From positions 1 through 58,482 of the forward strand of contig CAVTCR010000032.1 in the NCBI GenBank assembly GCA_963733195.1: 58,482 bases of DNA, in the 5' to 3' direction. The translations under genes were made by a program, and so were the position numbers. The DNA is from an uncultured delta proteobacterium (lineage in GTDB: Bacteria > Desulfobacterota > Binatia > Bin18). How positions within the stretch are numbered: position 1 is the stretch's first letter; each line of letters starts with the position of its first letter. Below, piece by piece: positions 29,628 to 41,177 of the stretch. The notes under the pieces are model-generated. The model was not told the DNA's origin. It saw nothing but the letters and a program-made list of their open reading frames with translations, and did not search any database.

Positions 29628-30503
29628 ATGTCATATGCTAATGCTAACGGAGTCAAGCTCTACGTCGAGGAAACTGGAACGGGATATCCTATTGTCTTCG
29701 TCCACGAGTTTGCGGCGGACCACCGCGAGTGGGAAACTCAAGTGCGTTACTTCTCACGCAACTATCGCTGCATCACCTACGCAGCACGAGGATATTCTCC
29801 GTCAGACGTACCAGATGATAATGCCGCATACTCCTACACGCACTTTGCAGATGATATTGGTGCGGTGATGCGCCACTGTGGTGTGTCTAAAGCGCATATT
29901 GTGGGACTTAGCCAAGGAGCATACGCCACACTGATATTCGCGTTACGACATCCGGAGATGGCCAGTGCGCTCGTCGCTGCCGGTGTCGGGAGCGGTTCTC
30001 CGCGTGAACAGCGTGAGGATTTTAGAGCTCAATGCGCCGTTGTTGCACAAAGGTTTCTCAGCGCAGGAATGAGCGTAGTAGCCCAAGAAATGGGGATCAG
30101 TCCCACTCGTGTACAACTACAGAACAAGGACCCACGTGGCTGGCAAGAAACTGTTGATCACTTGAGTCAGCATTCAGAGAAGGGATCCTCGATGACTATG
30201 CGCAATTTTCAAGGTGAACGACCGTCGCTATACGATTTTGCAAAAGAGTTTTCACAGCTCACGATTCCAACTTTGGTGATGGTTGGTGACGAAGATGAAC
30301 CATGTATTGAAACAAGTGTCTTCCTGAAACGGACGATTCCAACTGCGGGGTTGTTTATGCAGCCACGCACTGGCCATGCGATTAACCTCGAAGAACCTGC
30401 GGTTTTCAATCGTGAGGTCCAAGAATTTTTCAGTACCGTCGAGCGCGGCCGTTGGGGTCGGCGCGACCCGCGAGCTGCTCCCGGCGCAAAGCCGTTACGT
30501 TAA
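29628..30503 (+). CDS. Alpha/beta hydrolase
   Basis: GLSQG nucleophile elbow, GDEDE, GHAINLEEP. Confidence 0.92.
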   Translation: MSYANANGVKLYVEETGTGYPIVFVHEFAADHREWETQVRYFSRNYRCITYAARGYSPSDVPDDNAAYSYTHFADDIGAVMRHCGVSKAHIVGLSQGAYATLIFALRHPEMASALVAAGVGSGSPREQREDFRAQCAVVAQRFLSAGMSVVAQEMGISPTRVQLQNKDPRGWQETVDHLSQHSEKGSSMTMRNFQGERPSLYDFAKEFSQLTIPTLVMVGDEDEPCIETSVFLKRTIPTAGLFMQPRTGHAINLEEPAVFNREVQEFFSTVERGRWGRRDPRAAPGAKPLR

Positions 30504-30656
30504 TATCATCAACGTTCGTTGTGAGGATACATACAGGAAGAAAGTAAAGTCGTGGGGACAGTAGAGTAAACAGGAGCGCTGGAGTGCGAGTCTTGCACCC
30601 CTTGGGCTCCCGTATTAGACGCTCAACCATCAAGTGCGAGCAAAAGGAGGTGACCT

Positions 30657-31118
30657 ATGGACATGGCTGAATTGGAACGACGATTAACTCGGATGGAAGA
30701 CCTCGAAGCCATTAAACAGTTGAAAGCACGTTATTGTGAGATCTGCGACGATGATCACAATCCGGCCAAAATTACGACCCTCTTTGTGGAAGACGGTATT
30801 TGGGAAGCCGGAGGGTTCGGTAAAGCGCAGGGACACGCAGGGATTCGTCAGTTGTTCCAAGGTTTCCAGAAAATGATCAGCTTCTCACAACATATGGTGA
30901 TGAACCCCATCATCGAAATCGATGGCAACAACGCAAAGGGAACGTGGTACTTCCTTGGTCCTTTCACGTTTCGCAAGAATAATGAAGCGAAGTGGCAGGC
31001 GGTAAAATACGAAGACGATTACGTCAAGGTCAACGGCGAATGGAAGTACAAGCATCTGCGCGCGGAGGTGAGGATGGCTGCAGCGCCCAACGAAAGCTGG
31101 GCGAAGGAAGACAGGTGA
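30657..31118 (+). CDS. SnoaL-like (LinA/BaiE-like) NTF2-fold protein
   Basis: EDLEAIKQLKARYC..D, QHMVMNP, YEDDYVKVNGEWK. Confidence 0.9.
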   Translation: MDMAELERRLTRMEDLEAIKQLKARYCEICDDDHNPAKITTLFVEDGIWEAGGFGKAQGHAGIRQLFQGFQKMISFSQHMVMNPIIEIDGNNAKGTWYFLGPFTFRKNNEAKWQAVKYEDDYVKVNGEWKYKHLRAEVRMAAAPNESWAKEDR

Positions 31119-31181
31119 GTGAACATCAGTTGCTGTACTCTTGTCTGTTATCCAACTGCAAAAGGGACACCTTAAGGAAGG

Positions 31182-31260
31182 GAGGGTGGGCAAAAGCATA
31201 GCATTGCCCACCCTCTCAATCTCGGAAAGGTTGGGCTTCGCCCGGCTCAGCCCAACCTAC
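31182..31260. repeat. Two REP-like hairpins
   Basis: gagggtgggcaa..ttgcccaccctc and aggttgggct..agcccaacctac. Confidence 0.7.
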
Positions 31261-31310
31261 ACGGCTACCAACATGTAGCCCTGCCTTGTTGTGATCCCTA
31301 TAATCCACCC

Positions 31311-31577
31311 ATGCCATTCGTCTACATTCTCCGTTGTAGTAACGGATCGTTTTATACAGGTAGCACAAAAGACCTTGTACGGCGTTTGCAGCAGCATCAG
31401 TCCGGACAGGCTTCCAAATACACACGGTCCCATCTGCCAGTGACATTGTGTTGGGTACGCGAGGTTGACTCGTGGAGTGACGCGCTCGTACAGGAGCATC
31501 GCATCAAAGCCCTGACCCGTGCACAAAAGCAAGCGTTGATAGCAGTTGACTACGAGCGAGGACTCGATATTCCATGA
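31311..31577 (+). CDS. GIY-YIG nuclease family protein (YhbQ-like)
   Basis: FVYILRC..FYTGST..RRLQQH..KYTR..EHRIK. Confidence 0.92.
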   Translation: MPFVYILRCSNGSFYTGSTKDLVRRLQQHQSGQASKYTRSHLPVTLCWVREVDSWSDALVQEHRIKALTRAQKQALIAVDYERGLDIP

Positions 31578-33374
31578 GTCGATCGGTATTACTCAGTTGC
31601 GAGGCGATTAGCAAAGCCTTCGGCGCACAGGTTCTCTTTACCAGGCTTTCCTTTGGCCTAAGCGAGGGCGATCGCGTCGGTCTGATTGGACCGAACGGGG
31701 CTGGAAAATCCACCTTCCTGAAAATTCTCGCCGGCGTGGAAGAACCGGATAGTGGAACCCGATCGCTGCGTCGATTGACGCGAGTTGGCTATGTGCCCCA
31801 GGACCCTGTCTTTCCCACAAATTTGACAGTGGAGGATGTGCTAAACGAAACCTTTACCGTGGAGGACGATGATGAAGTCGATAAGGCGGGAAAGATCGCT
31901 GTCACTCTCGGGCGTGCAGGATTTACCGACTTCAAACAAACAGTGACTTCACTCTCAGGTGGATGGAAGAAACGACTGGCAATCGTGAGTGAGGTAGTGT
32001 CAGCTCCGGCAATTTTGTTGATGGATGAGCCGACCAATCATCTGGATGTCGACGGTATTATCTGGCTCGAAAACCTGCTCAAGTCCGAGCCGTTGGCATA
32101 TCTGGTCATCAGTCATGATCGCTACTTCTTAGAAAATGTCACTACTCGCATCGTCGAATTGAACCGTAGGTATACCGGCGGTCTGTTCGAGAGCGAGGGA
32201 CGCTACAGCGATTTCCTGGTGAAAAGAGACGCGGCATTACGTAACCAAGCCGCGTATCAAGACGCGCTCGCCAACACGGTCCGCCGCGAGATCGAATGGT
32301 TACGTCGTGGCCCAAAGGCGCGCACGACCAAGGCGCAGGCTCGTATCAAAGCCGCCGCACAGAGTATGCAAGAGCTGGAAGACTTACAGACGCGGATGGT
32401 CGATACTCGGGCAACGATCGATTTCACTGCCTCAGAACGGAAGACCAAGAAACTCTTGGTAACAAAGAAGCTCAGCAAAACCTTTGGTGACAAACTCCAT
32501 CCTCAAGGAAATAGAACTGACCCTGACTCCCGGGGTGCGACTCGGCCTGCTCGGGCCGAACGGCAGCGGTAAGACGACATTACTGCAGTTGCTCGCTGGA
32601 ACGTTAGCACCCAGTAGTGGCGAGATTGAACGCGCTGAGAATCTACAAATTGTCTACTTCGAGCAAGATCGCGAAGCGCTCAATCTAGACCTGACCCTTA
32701 AACGGGCACTCGTGCCGGACGGTGACACAGTTATTTATCGTGGGCGACCTATTCATGTGGCATCGTGGGCAAACAGATTCCTCTTTCGGTCTGACCAACT
32801 GGAAACCCCCATACGTAATCTCTCAGGAGGTGAGCACGCCCGGGTGCTGATTGCGCGCCTCATGCTGCACCCTGCTGATGTGTTGATTCTCGATGAGCCA
32901 ACCAACGACCTTGATATTCCAACTTTGGAAGTACTTGAAGAAAGCCTCATGGAGTTTCCTGGGGCGTTGGTACTCGTCACTCATGATCGTTTCCTGTTGG
33001 ATCGTGTGTCAACAGTGCTGCTGGCGCTGGACGGGAGTGGCCAAGGGCTTTTCTATGCTGACTATGCGCAGTGGGAAACAGAGCGAAAGAAATCCAGCCC
33101 CGAGGTTCGTGTCCCAGCGCCTAAGACATCACCACGAGATACCAAGCGCGCACCGCGACTAACTTCTCAAGAGAAGCGAGAGTGGGAGCAAATGGAAGAG
33201 AAAATTCTTGCGGCAGAAGAAACGGTCAGTCTCTGTCAGCGCGCCCTTGAAGATCCAACGGTAGCGGCCAATCCGAGCGCGTTACAGGAACGCTACCAAG
33301 CGCTCGAAGCGGCGCGAGCGGCTGTGGAGCAGCTCTATGCACGCTGGACCGAGCTTGAGGAGAAACAGAAGTGA
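31574..33374 (+). CDS. ABC-F family ATPase (Uup-like), frameshift near 32490
   Basis: Two Walker A motifs (GPNGAGKS, GPNGSGKT), LSGG, DEPTN, GPKARTTK linker. Confidence 0.92.
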
Positions 33375-33450
33375 ACTACCTCGCAGCAAGCGCGAGGCAT
33401 CAACTCTAAGGAGTTATTAGAACGAAGCAAGCTTCGGGGCATCAGACCCG
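33372..33450. repeat. Possible IS200/IS605-end-derived miniature element
   Basis: Two related short hairpins cctcgcagcaagcgcgaggcatc and cgaagcaagcttcggggcatc. Confidence 0.35.
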
Positions 33451-33523
33451 TAGCGAGTGAAAATTTTTCCTGAAGTTCCAAATTGGAACCTCAAACCCTT
33501 ACACTCATGGAATACCACCTGAA

Positions 33524-34315
33524 CTACCTCATCACCAAACTTCGCAAAGACTGGGCGGGCTGACCTTGCTCAGCTGCTCGGGTTGTACTAGGCCCAGTCG
33601 ACATCTCTTGAGATACGTTCCTGTTCGCCGGATCAGGCCGGCTCTCCTCGATACCTACTGCTATCGCCGCCAGGCTCAGTCCCAATAACAATCCCCCGCC
33701 GACATCGCTCAGCCAATGTGCATTGAGATATAACCGTGTACCGGCCATCGCTCCAAGTACCACCCAGCCTACCCAGCACCAGCGCGGGCGGTAAGCACAG
33801 AACAGCCCAACCAGAAACGTCGTGCGCAGCATGTGCCCACTAGGAAAAGAGTACGGGGTATTGAGATGCAATTGGAAGGGAACAGTCATCATATGTAGTA
33901 TGGGCGGGAGTGCTAATGGATGGGAAAACTCCGGAGGTGGACCCGGATGGGGCAGTACGTATTTCAACACTGCTTCAATAGCGACCCCGACAAAAAGCAA
34001 TAAGGGCACCAGTCCTGGTTTCCCCCGGGACTGCCAGCCCCGGAGGGCAAAGACCACAGCAACTCCCCCAGTGATGAACGGGTTACCTAGCAGAGTCACT
34101 AAGAAGGCCAGGACATCCAGCCAAGGTGGCACGACAGAACATGCCAAGGTCTGACTATACCAGTCGACGGTTCGAGTAGCATCCAATGCCACAAGGAGGC
34201 AGAGTCCGAGAAAGGCGAGTCCGGGCACGGCAGCTCGAGGGAACGCGGTGGATGGCCTGTCCCCTTTCAGTTGCTGCAGGAAGGGACGGTCAGAGATGCC
34301 GTACAAAAGAGCCAT
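33524..34315 (-). CDS. PAP2 family membrane phosphatase
   Basis: LK..HPGP, SFPSGH, TRLYLNAHWLSDV; AAGGAGG RBS before MALLY. Confidence 0.88.
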   Translation of the reverse strand: MALLYGISDRPFLQQLKGDRPSTAFPRAAVPGLAFLGLCLLVALDATRTVDWYSQTLACSVVPPWLDVLAFLVTLLGNPFITGGVAVVFALRGWQSRGKPGLVPLLLFVGVAIEAVLKYVLPHPGPPPEFSHPLALPPILHMMTVPFQLHLNTPYSFPSGHMLRTTFLVGLFCAYRPRWCWVGWVVLGAMAGTRLYLNAHWLSDVGGGLLLGLSLAAIAVGIEESRPDPANRNVSQEMSTGPSTTRAAEQGQPAQSLRSLVMR

Positions 34316-34389
34316 GACAAGATATTTCCTCCTTGAGTTCTCTCGCTTCTTACAAATCTGTATCAAAGCGGTTCAGGCCGGAATACAAA

Positions 34390-34436
34390 GGACAAAGCAA
34401 AGAAAAGCGCGAGTAGGTCTTCACCCACTCGCGCTT
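34390..34436 (-). terminator. Probable intrinsic terminator (minus strand)
   Basis: aagcgcgagt..actcgcgctt stem followed on the minus strand by a T-rich run. Confidence 0.5.
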
Positions 34437-34493
34437 CCGCGACGTGGAAGTTCAGGGGATGGACTGCTAGTGGATTGTTGCTTCACTCGGAGT

Positions 34494-35654
34494 TTACGGG
34501 ACGAGCGATGGGATAACCCGATGAGCATAGAACGCCTGACAACAGGCGGTGAGATACGCTAAAGCATTGCGTCCCTGCTGCTGACAACTCGTCAGCACGG
34601 TCAGCATCGATACCACAAACCTACTCCCACGCTCACTCTGCGTGCCATAACTCACTTTGCGCCACAGGACGGCATGCCGGAGATGCCTTTCTGCACTATT
34701 GTTTGTGGGTTCAATCCCTTCCACCCGCACGAACGTCCACACCGCTGCTTCCCGTGCTAATAATTCTCGACACGTGGCGGCTGTTTTAGCACATGCACTC
34801 TGACTCCCCCACTCCAACTCCAGCTTGAAGGACGCGCGCAAGGTCCGCACATACGATTGCAAGGTGGCACGTTTCCAGGTGCCATCCCGGACCCAATGCC
34901 ACCAGGCAAACAGGACGTGCATATGTTCGAGCAGCGCTTCGCCTACCGCTTGCCCCGGCCCGCCACGATCGATCATCGCCTGAAAGTCTCGACATAAATG
35001 CGCTAAGCACAACTGGCGTTTTCGGAGCGGATGACTATCGTACGCTTTGGCCCGATCACTGGTAATAGTTCCGCCGTACCACTCACCCACCAATTTCTGC
35101 AGCACCGCTGCGCCACGGCCCGTGGCCACGGTGAAAACACTGACCTGCGTGGTAACCATTGTCCATAACCAGCGCCGCTGCCGGCGTTCCTGCCACGGCG
35201 TCTCATCGATATTGGCATCACAACTCTGTACGTAGACTGCCGCTTCTTCAACTGCGGGCGTCACTGCGTTCGTCACCGTCTGTTCAATCTGACACACCTC
35301 GCCCACGGAGAGCTCAATCCCTAACACCTCGCGACAAAAGCTGGCCGCCATCCGTTTGCTCATCCGATAGCCACCTGTACAGAGCGCCACCACACTGGCT
35401 AAGCGCGGCCCATAACACGTAGGCAAGATCCCTACGGGCAACTCCCCACACGTCGTGATCCCACATCCTGGACAAACTAACCGATGCCGTTGATATTCCG
35501 TAATCTGAGGACACACGGGTGGCAGTTCTACGACTTGCTGGCGCCACGGCTCGGGGTCACTCCCCGTTAACTGTTCCCCACACCGCCGACACTGCGCCGG
35601 TCTGCAGGTGATGATCGCATCGACCTGTTCGATCGGGACTAAGGCGCGCTGATG
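34494..35654 (-). pseudogene. IS66 transposase C-terminal part (host element)
   Basis: HQRALVP..DET..TNNSAERHLR; paralog of 16285-17715. Confidence 0.92.
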
Positions 35655-35864
35655 GTATCCCTCCGGTAGCCATGCTTGACGTCCGTCGTTGAAAGCCAAG
35701 GTGACCGCGCTGCAGAGGTAACACTTCGAGTGAAATCGAGTCGCAGTGTTCCTGTTTCTTTATCGTTTCCTTCGAGCACGAGTGTCGTCCGGTGAGGCTG
35801 CGTGACACGCAGCATGCAGGCGTCTATAGTCGCTCCCGCAATTTTCTCACGATGGGAGCCTGCT

Positions 35865-36266
35865 ATGCAGCCATTATCACCAGCCCAGGCCGAAGAGGCC
35901 CTCACGCAGTTAACCCAGCACTTTGCCCAGTGGCGGCAAAGCCGGCGGACACCCGCGCGGACGCATTCCCAGGGGTTGTGGGCGCAGGCCGTCGCGCTCA
36001 CGGCCACATTGTCTGTCACGCGGGTCGCCCACCAACTGGGGCTGACGCCCCAGGCGCTCAAACGCGGCGCGAGGTCCTGAACGGCACGCCCACGCCACTG
36101 CCATCTCCGCAGGCCCCGCACTTTGTCGAAGTCGCGGCAGCCTGGCGGAGTCCGACGACGGAAGTCGAGATCCAGCGGCCCGATGGCGACACGCCTACGC
36201 ATCACGTACAGTGATGCCTCTCCGGCGCTCGTCCCCTTGCTGCAAACCTTCCTGGAATCCCGCTGA
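35865..36266 (+). pseudogene. IS66 TnpA-like HTH accessory protein (frameshifted)
   Basis: FAQWRQSR..LWAQAVAL..VAHQLGL, FVEV..VEIQRPDG; TGATG overlap with tnpB. Confidence 0.7.
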
Positions 36267-36642
36267 TGCTCCAACTCACGCCCCAGAGTCGCATCTTTCT
36301 GGCCGTGCAGCCCGTCGACTTCCGCAAGGGAATAGATGGACTGCGCCGCACTCTGTCGCCAGACGCTGCAGGAGAATCCGTTGGGTGGCGCCGTCTACGT
36401 CTTTCGCAACCGCACCGGCACGACCCTCAAACTCTTGGCGTACGATGGCCAAGGTTTTGGCTCTGTACCAAACGCCTCTCCCACGGCCGCTTTCCACTGG
36501 TGGCCGACCGCTACCAATCCCGAGCGTGACGCTCTCCGCCTGGGAACTGAGCATCCTCTTAGGCAACGGCCATCCCGACCGCGCCCAGCTCGCCCCGGAC
36601 TGGCGGCCCGTCCGTTACGACGGGACGAGTGCGGCCCGATAA
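36266..36642 (+). pseudogene. tnpB: IS66 TnpB accessory protein (frameshifted)
   Basis: RIFLAVQPVDFRKGIDGL, VYVFRNR..LKLLAYDGQG, FWLCTKRL. Confidence 0.88.
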
Positions 36643-38281
36643 TTCCACGGCAGCCAGGCACTGGGATTGGCACGCACCTCCTGGCGGTGTTCTTGGACCG
36701 CGACCAGATACTCCAAGGCATTGACGCCGGCCTGCACACAGGTGGCAATGACACTGGTGAGCACACTGGCAATGTAGGCACTATGCTCCGTGGCATAGAA
36801 TAAGGAGTTCTTCCGTTGCCGAATCGCGAGTTTCAACGCGCGCTCGGCGGTATTATTATCGAGCGGCGCGCCCGGCTCCTTCAAAAACCGCGTGAGCGTC
36901 TCCCAATGGTCCAGCATATACGCGATCGCTTTCCCTAAACTGCTATTGGGCTCGACTAAGCCGCTCCGCCGTTTGTTGCTCCAGCCACGTCTTGAGCGTC
37001 GTCAACACGGGCGCACTATACGTCTGGTGATACGCCAACCGCTCCTGCGCATTCAGTGCTTGGTCCCGCGCCTCGTCATCATGGTCGTAGACCAGCTTGA
37101 GCGCGTTCACGACCACCGCACTCTCCGCCGGGAAAGTCGTCTGCCAACTCACTGAACTTGCGCCGCCCATGCGCCAGACAATGACAGCGGATGAGGTTCG
37201 TTTCCTCCGCATTGTTACTGCTCAAGGCATCCGACATCACCAAGGGTTTGCCGCGCCCCGGCTCCCGCTTGGTTAAGAGGGCCTCCAGATTCTCGCCCGC
37301 ATGCCGCCGTCCCGTATAGTACAAACAGATCCGTCGCTCTCCCACCTGCACGATCAACGCCGTCGTCTGCATGCCCGTCCGCTCGTCCGCCTTCGCTTTG
37401 CCCTGCGCTCGGGCTTGCGCTCTCGCCTGCTGGTTCTCTGCGATCAACGCCAAGACCCGCTGCGGCGTATCATCTTGAAAGATCACCTCGCCTTGCGCCG
37501 CCATCCTTCTCCAAATACTTGAAGATGGGATGGCTACAATCGCCCACGATCTCTCCTTGATCCCATTGCGTCGCATCGGGCACCGGCACGCCGACCAAGG
37601 CTTGGAACCCTTCGAGCCGATACCACGGCAACCCTAAGTAATAGCGGGCCAGCGCTAACACCGCCCGGGCCCGCGCCGTGTACTTCTCCGTCCCTGCCGC
37701 TGCCGGCACGGACGCCGTGAAGAGTTGCCCACAGGCTGAGCAGCGCAACTTCTCCAGCTCATACCGCACCGCCGATAAGAGCGCGTTGCCATCCAGGCGC
37801 ATCTCTACGCCCGGCGGTAAGCGATACAGACCGCCCGCGCCCACACGCCGGACACCGCTCGCCCACGGCTAACTCCTCATGGCGACACTCCACCGTCTGC
37901 GCCGCCCGATACACGTCGGCCCCGTGCCGCCCATGGCCAGGCGAGGGTGGTTTCTTCTCTGGCGGCGACGGAGCAGCGGAGCATGGCACTTCCTGTGAGG
38001 CGCTTGTCTGCGGTTGCGCTCCCGCCTCGCACTCCCACCGCCAGCGGTCCCGCCCGACGAGGGCGGTTTGGGCTTCTTCGGCTTCTCGCCAAACACCAGG
38101 GCCTTGAGCCGCTTGAGACTCAGCTTCGCTTCCCGCAGCGCAAAGAGCAGCCAAAAGTAGAAGGTCAGAATCTTCACCAAGACGCCGCCGATCCTCGGCG
38201 CTCAAGGCATTGCGCTCGATCCGCTCAATCAGCGCTTCCCCTTCTTCACGGCTCAGGCTGCACGTCTTCCGGTTGTTTCAT
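36615..38281 (-). pseudogene. tnpC: IS66 TnpC DDE transposase (multiple frameshifts)
   Basis: CPACG, LPWYRLE, QDDT, MSDA, CHCLAHGRRKF, LDNNTAERALK. Confidence 0.88.
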
Positions 38282-38476
38282 GGCTCGCTCTTCTCCGGAT
38301 TGCCACAAGGTCATAACAGGGAGTGTTCTGCTGCTGCTGCCGGAACGGGGTATAGCAGAAGCCGGGCGAGATCGTGAAGACCCACCCGCTACGAAGACGA
38401 CTCAACACTCACCACCAGACGAGAGCTTAGAAGAGAGGAGCAAGACGAAAGTCAACCTGGCTCACCGGAAGGACAC

Positions 38477-38751
38477 CGCTGATGGGCCGTATGCCCCGGC
38501 TGTCCACCAGCCTTCCGGCCCGACGGTGGTTGCGGCGGCTTGCGCTTGACGTGTGGTCCATCGCTCGATGGGGGCTTCGAGGAATTCTGCGAATTCTGAT
38601 TGAGTCGTGCCGTTACTTCCCGCACTTCGGCTTCCAACTTCGCGATGCGCTGCTCATAGTACTCTACCATCGCACAGATCACGACCTGCAAGGGCTCCGT
38701 CAGTTGCTCCCACAACTCCACTGGTAGTAAAGTGGGTCTCTTCGGCGTCAC
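38477..38751 (-). pseudogene. IS66 transposase N-terminal part (host element)
   Basis: NSQNSSKPPSSD..GGQPGHTAHQR ending at the TSD. Confidence 0.9.
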
Positions 38752-39308
38752 GCCGCTCCCTCTATCTCATCTCTTACTTTCCCTCAAGTCTGAGAGCTGA
38801 ACGCTTACTCCGCGACTAAGCAAACAGCTTGGACGCGAGGTCGCTAAGCCGCGATAAAACCAGAGGCGGCGAGGCTCCACCAGCACGGGAAGATCGCGCG
38901 ACACGGCTCCAAGCGGAAAACACTTTCTCTGGAGCAAAGAAATGTGGAGAAGTAGGAAGGTTCGCTATCAGGCGGGATGTTGTCTTAGTAAGTGGCGGGA
39001 GTTAGGGACGGAGGGCGATAATACTTCGTCTCCTCGTTTTACTTGTTCGACATAGGCGTGGGAAAGCGACGAGTACGTAACAAAACCCTGAATTACCGCC
39101 GAGCCTGTCCTGCCTGCGCCAGTGCCGCAGGCACTGGGGAACGAGTCGAAGCCTGTCCTGAGCGTAACGCAGTGGAGTCGAAGGGGGCGAGGATGGCGGC
39201 ATGCAGAACCGCCCTGTGTAGAAGTATTTCCGGCATGGTCAGTGCGATCCGTGGTCTATTGACCTAAGAAATTGTTAGCACCCGAAAGCGACGAGGAGCT
39301 TAGTTGAT

Positions 39309-39938
39309 CTACTCCTTCGCCCTTACTTTGGTGAACGGCCCCTCGTAGACGAATTCACAGTTATTCATCCCGGGGCAGTCGCCGACAAAATCATTCACGA
39401 TCGAGAAGCTCGCACGTCGGTGCTGAACATTACCCGAGATCAGGAGAATTGCCTCTTGAGTGCAGGAAGGACTCACCAGTGAGTCGCTCGTGGACGAAGA
39501 CAGGGCGAACTCCCCGTCGGCCCCAAGATCGCCGAGGAACTCAATCCCCGCACCAGAGGTGACATAGAGGACGTCTTCATTCTGCTCCACTGTAAAATCG
39601 TGGGTGACAGTCGTCTGTTCCGCATCTTCGGGGCAGGTTGTCTGTAAGAGATCGCCAGTAAACGACCACGTCCCGCGTATTTTGTGGGCGCTCTGAGGTA
39701 ACCCTTTTCTCTTGTTGAGGAGATTCTGCTGCCTCGCTCGCCCTTTTCGGGTAACGCTTTGTTCTGGCTCGGAAGAACTAGGCGCTGTAACCGTCGCAGC
39801 AGTTCCAGTCAAGGCCTTTGCGCCCGCCGTTGTCATAACTGTGGATGGTTGGGGGTGTTCTTGTACTCCCTGCGCGAGCACTACGCCCGCGAACAGGCAA
39901 CTCATCACCAATAGCATGCCGGTCATCGTACGGTTCAT
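39309..39938 (-). CDS. Secreted hypothetical protein, copy 1
   Basis: Signal peptide-like N-terminus, beta-rich C-domain with 4 Cys. Confidence 0.8.
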   Translation of the reverse strand: MNRTMTGMLLVMSCLFAGVVLAQGVQEHPQPSTVMTTAGAKALTGTAATVTAPSSSEPEQSVTRKGRARQQNLLNKRKGLPQSAHKIRGTWSFTGDLLQTTCPEDAEQTTVTHDFTVEQNEDVLYVTSGAGIEFLGDLGADGEFALSSSTSDSLVSPSCTQEAILLISGNVQHRRASFSIVNDFVGDCPGMNNCEFVYEGPFTKVRAKE

Positions 39939-40026
39939 GACTCTTTTCTCCTTTTCGTGCTTTGTAAAGCCAAGTGTATCTCAGCCTCCTGAAAGGCGGA
40001 CGTTTTCTACAGTGGATGACTTCGTC

Positions 40027-41028
40027 TCAGACCCGGAGAGGGACGTTCTGCTTGCCCTTACTCTCCCGACCGAAGAGGTCACTTAACTTTAACCCCATAC
40101 TCCAGACATACACCAAACCGAGTAAAGTAACCGGCGCCCATTGACTCGCATGGGCGACCACCGCATAGCTCAGCGCTTGCTCCTTAGGCACGGAGAAGAT
40201 GGTCAACGCCAAGATCGTGAAATACTGGAAGGTGCCAATATAGCCGGGGCCGGACGGAAGTATCACACCAATGGCCGTGAACACTAACACGACAAAGGAC
40301 GCATACGCCGGTAATTCGAGTCCGAGAGCAAGCAGTGCCAGGTAAAAAATCGCCGCATGAGCTACCCATAAAATGAAGGACAAGGCGCTAATCGTCATCA
40401 CCGCCCGCACATCGCGGAGAGCCTCGGCACCAGCGGCGAAATTCGTTACGAGTTCGATGAACTTGAGTCCGAGCCGTCGCTTCGCCCATCGGGAAGGGAG
40501 CGCCTTGATCGACACCTGTTTTCTATAAAGCACCAAAACCGTTAAGCCGAGAAGTGCCAGAAGACACAGGGCGAAAAGGCAAAGGGTGGCGCTTTGCATC
40601 CACGAGGGAAGAATCGGGAAGAAAAAGAGCGTCAGGCCGAGGACTGCGATCGCCCCCCCATCAAAAGCTCGTTCGACAACGATGGTCGCTAAGATTGCGC
40701 TTACCTTGAGTTGTTCTTTGGTGCTCAACACCAACGCTTTGCCCACCTCCCCTACCCGTAGGGGAAGAATATTATTGGCCATGAACCCGATGACGGTGGC
40801 GGCAAACAAGGTAGAGAGCTGCACTTCCTTCACAGGCCGGAGGATGATCTGCCACCGCCACGCTCTGATCCAATAGGTCGCGAGGCTGACCACCACGGCC
40901 AAGAAGACGAAACCATAATTGATGGCGGAAAACGCCGTCTGCAATGACCCTGCATCAATCTCTTTCACCGCCAAATAGAGGAACACCGCGGCGCAAAGAA
41001 TGCCGACAACACCTTTTATCGCTTTCAC
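40027..41028 (-). CDS. Lysylphosphatidylglycerol synthase TM-domain / flippase-like (UPF0104) protein, copy 1
   Basis: RAWRWQIIL, GFMANNILPLRVGE, VVERAFD, PSGPGYIG. Confidence 0.9.
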   Translation of the reverse strand: MKAIKGVVGILCAAVFLYLAVKEIDAGSLQTAFSAINYGFVFLAVVVSLATYWIRAWRWQIILRPVKEVQLSTLFAATVIGFMANNILPLRVGEVGKALVLSTKEQLKVSAILATIVVERAFDGGAIAVLGLTLFFFPILPSWMQSATLCLFALCLLALLGLTVLVLYRKQVSIKALPSRWAKRRLGLKFIELVTNFAAGAEALRDVRAVMTISALSFILWVAHAAIFYLALLALGLELPAYASFVVLVFTAIGVILPSGPGYIGTFQYFTILALTIFSVPKEQALSYAVVAHASQWAPVTLLGLVYVWSMGLKLSDLFGRESKGKQNVPLRV

Positions 41029-41177
41029 AAAGAAGACTCCCTAGTTCTTGCAGAATGCTCATGTCTAACGATGATGCGCCCCGAGCTGTAACGCCGGCTC
41101 GTCTGCGTCCCGTCGGAAATGACCGCGTAGACGTAATAAGCGCCCGCCGGGACGTCTCTCCCATTACTCAACTCTCC

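Larger units (their letters stand above)
35655..38476. mobile_element. Nested IS66 family element (2.8 kb) with convergent tnpA-tnpB and tnpC
   Basis: TSD cgctgatg at 35647-35654 and 38477-38484; IRs gtatccctccggt / accggaaggacac. Confidence 0.9.
34444..38808 (-). mobile_element. IS66 (ISBst12-like) interrupted by a second IS66
   Basis: 8-bp TSD tccgcgac at 34436-34443 and 38809-38816; right IR ctgaacgcttac, degenerate left IR; transposase split into 38477-38751 and 34494-35654. Confidence 0.92.
39287..41155. repeat. Copy 1 of a near-identical 1.87-kb direct repeat
   Basis: Matches 43877-45745 at offset 4590 with scattered substitutions. Confidence 0.95.

Noticed and set aside
34494-35699. 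Intact 401-aa IS66 transposase
   Set aside because: The first 15 codons come from the nested element end; the true N-terminus is at 38477-38751.
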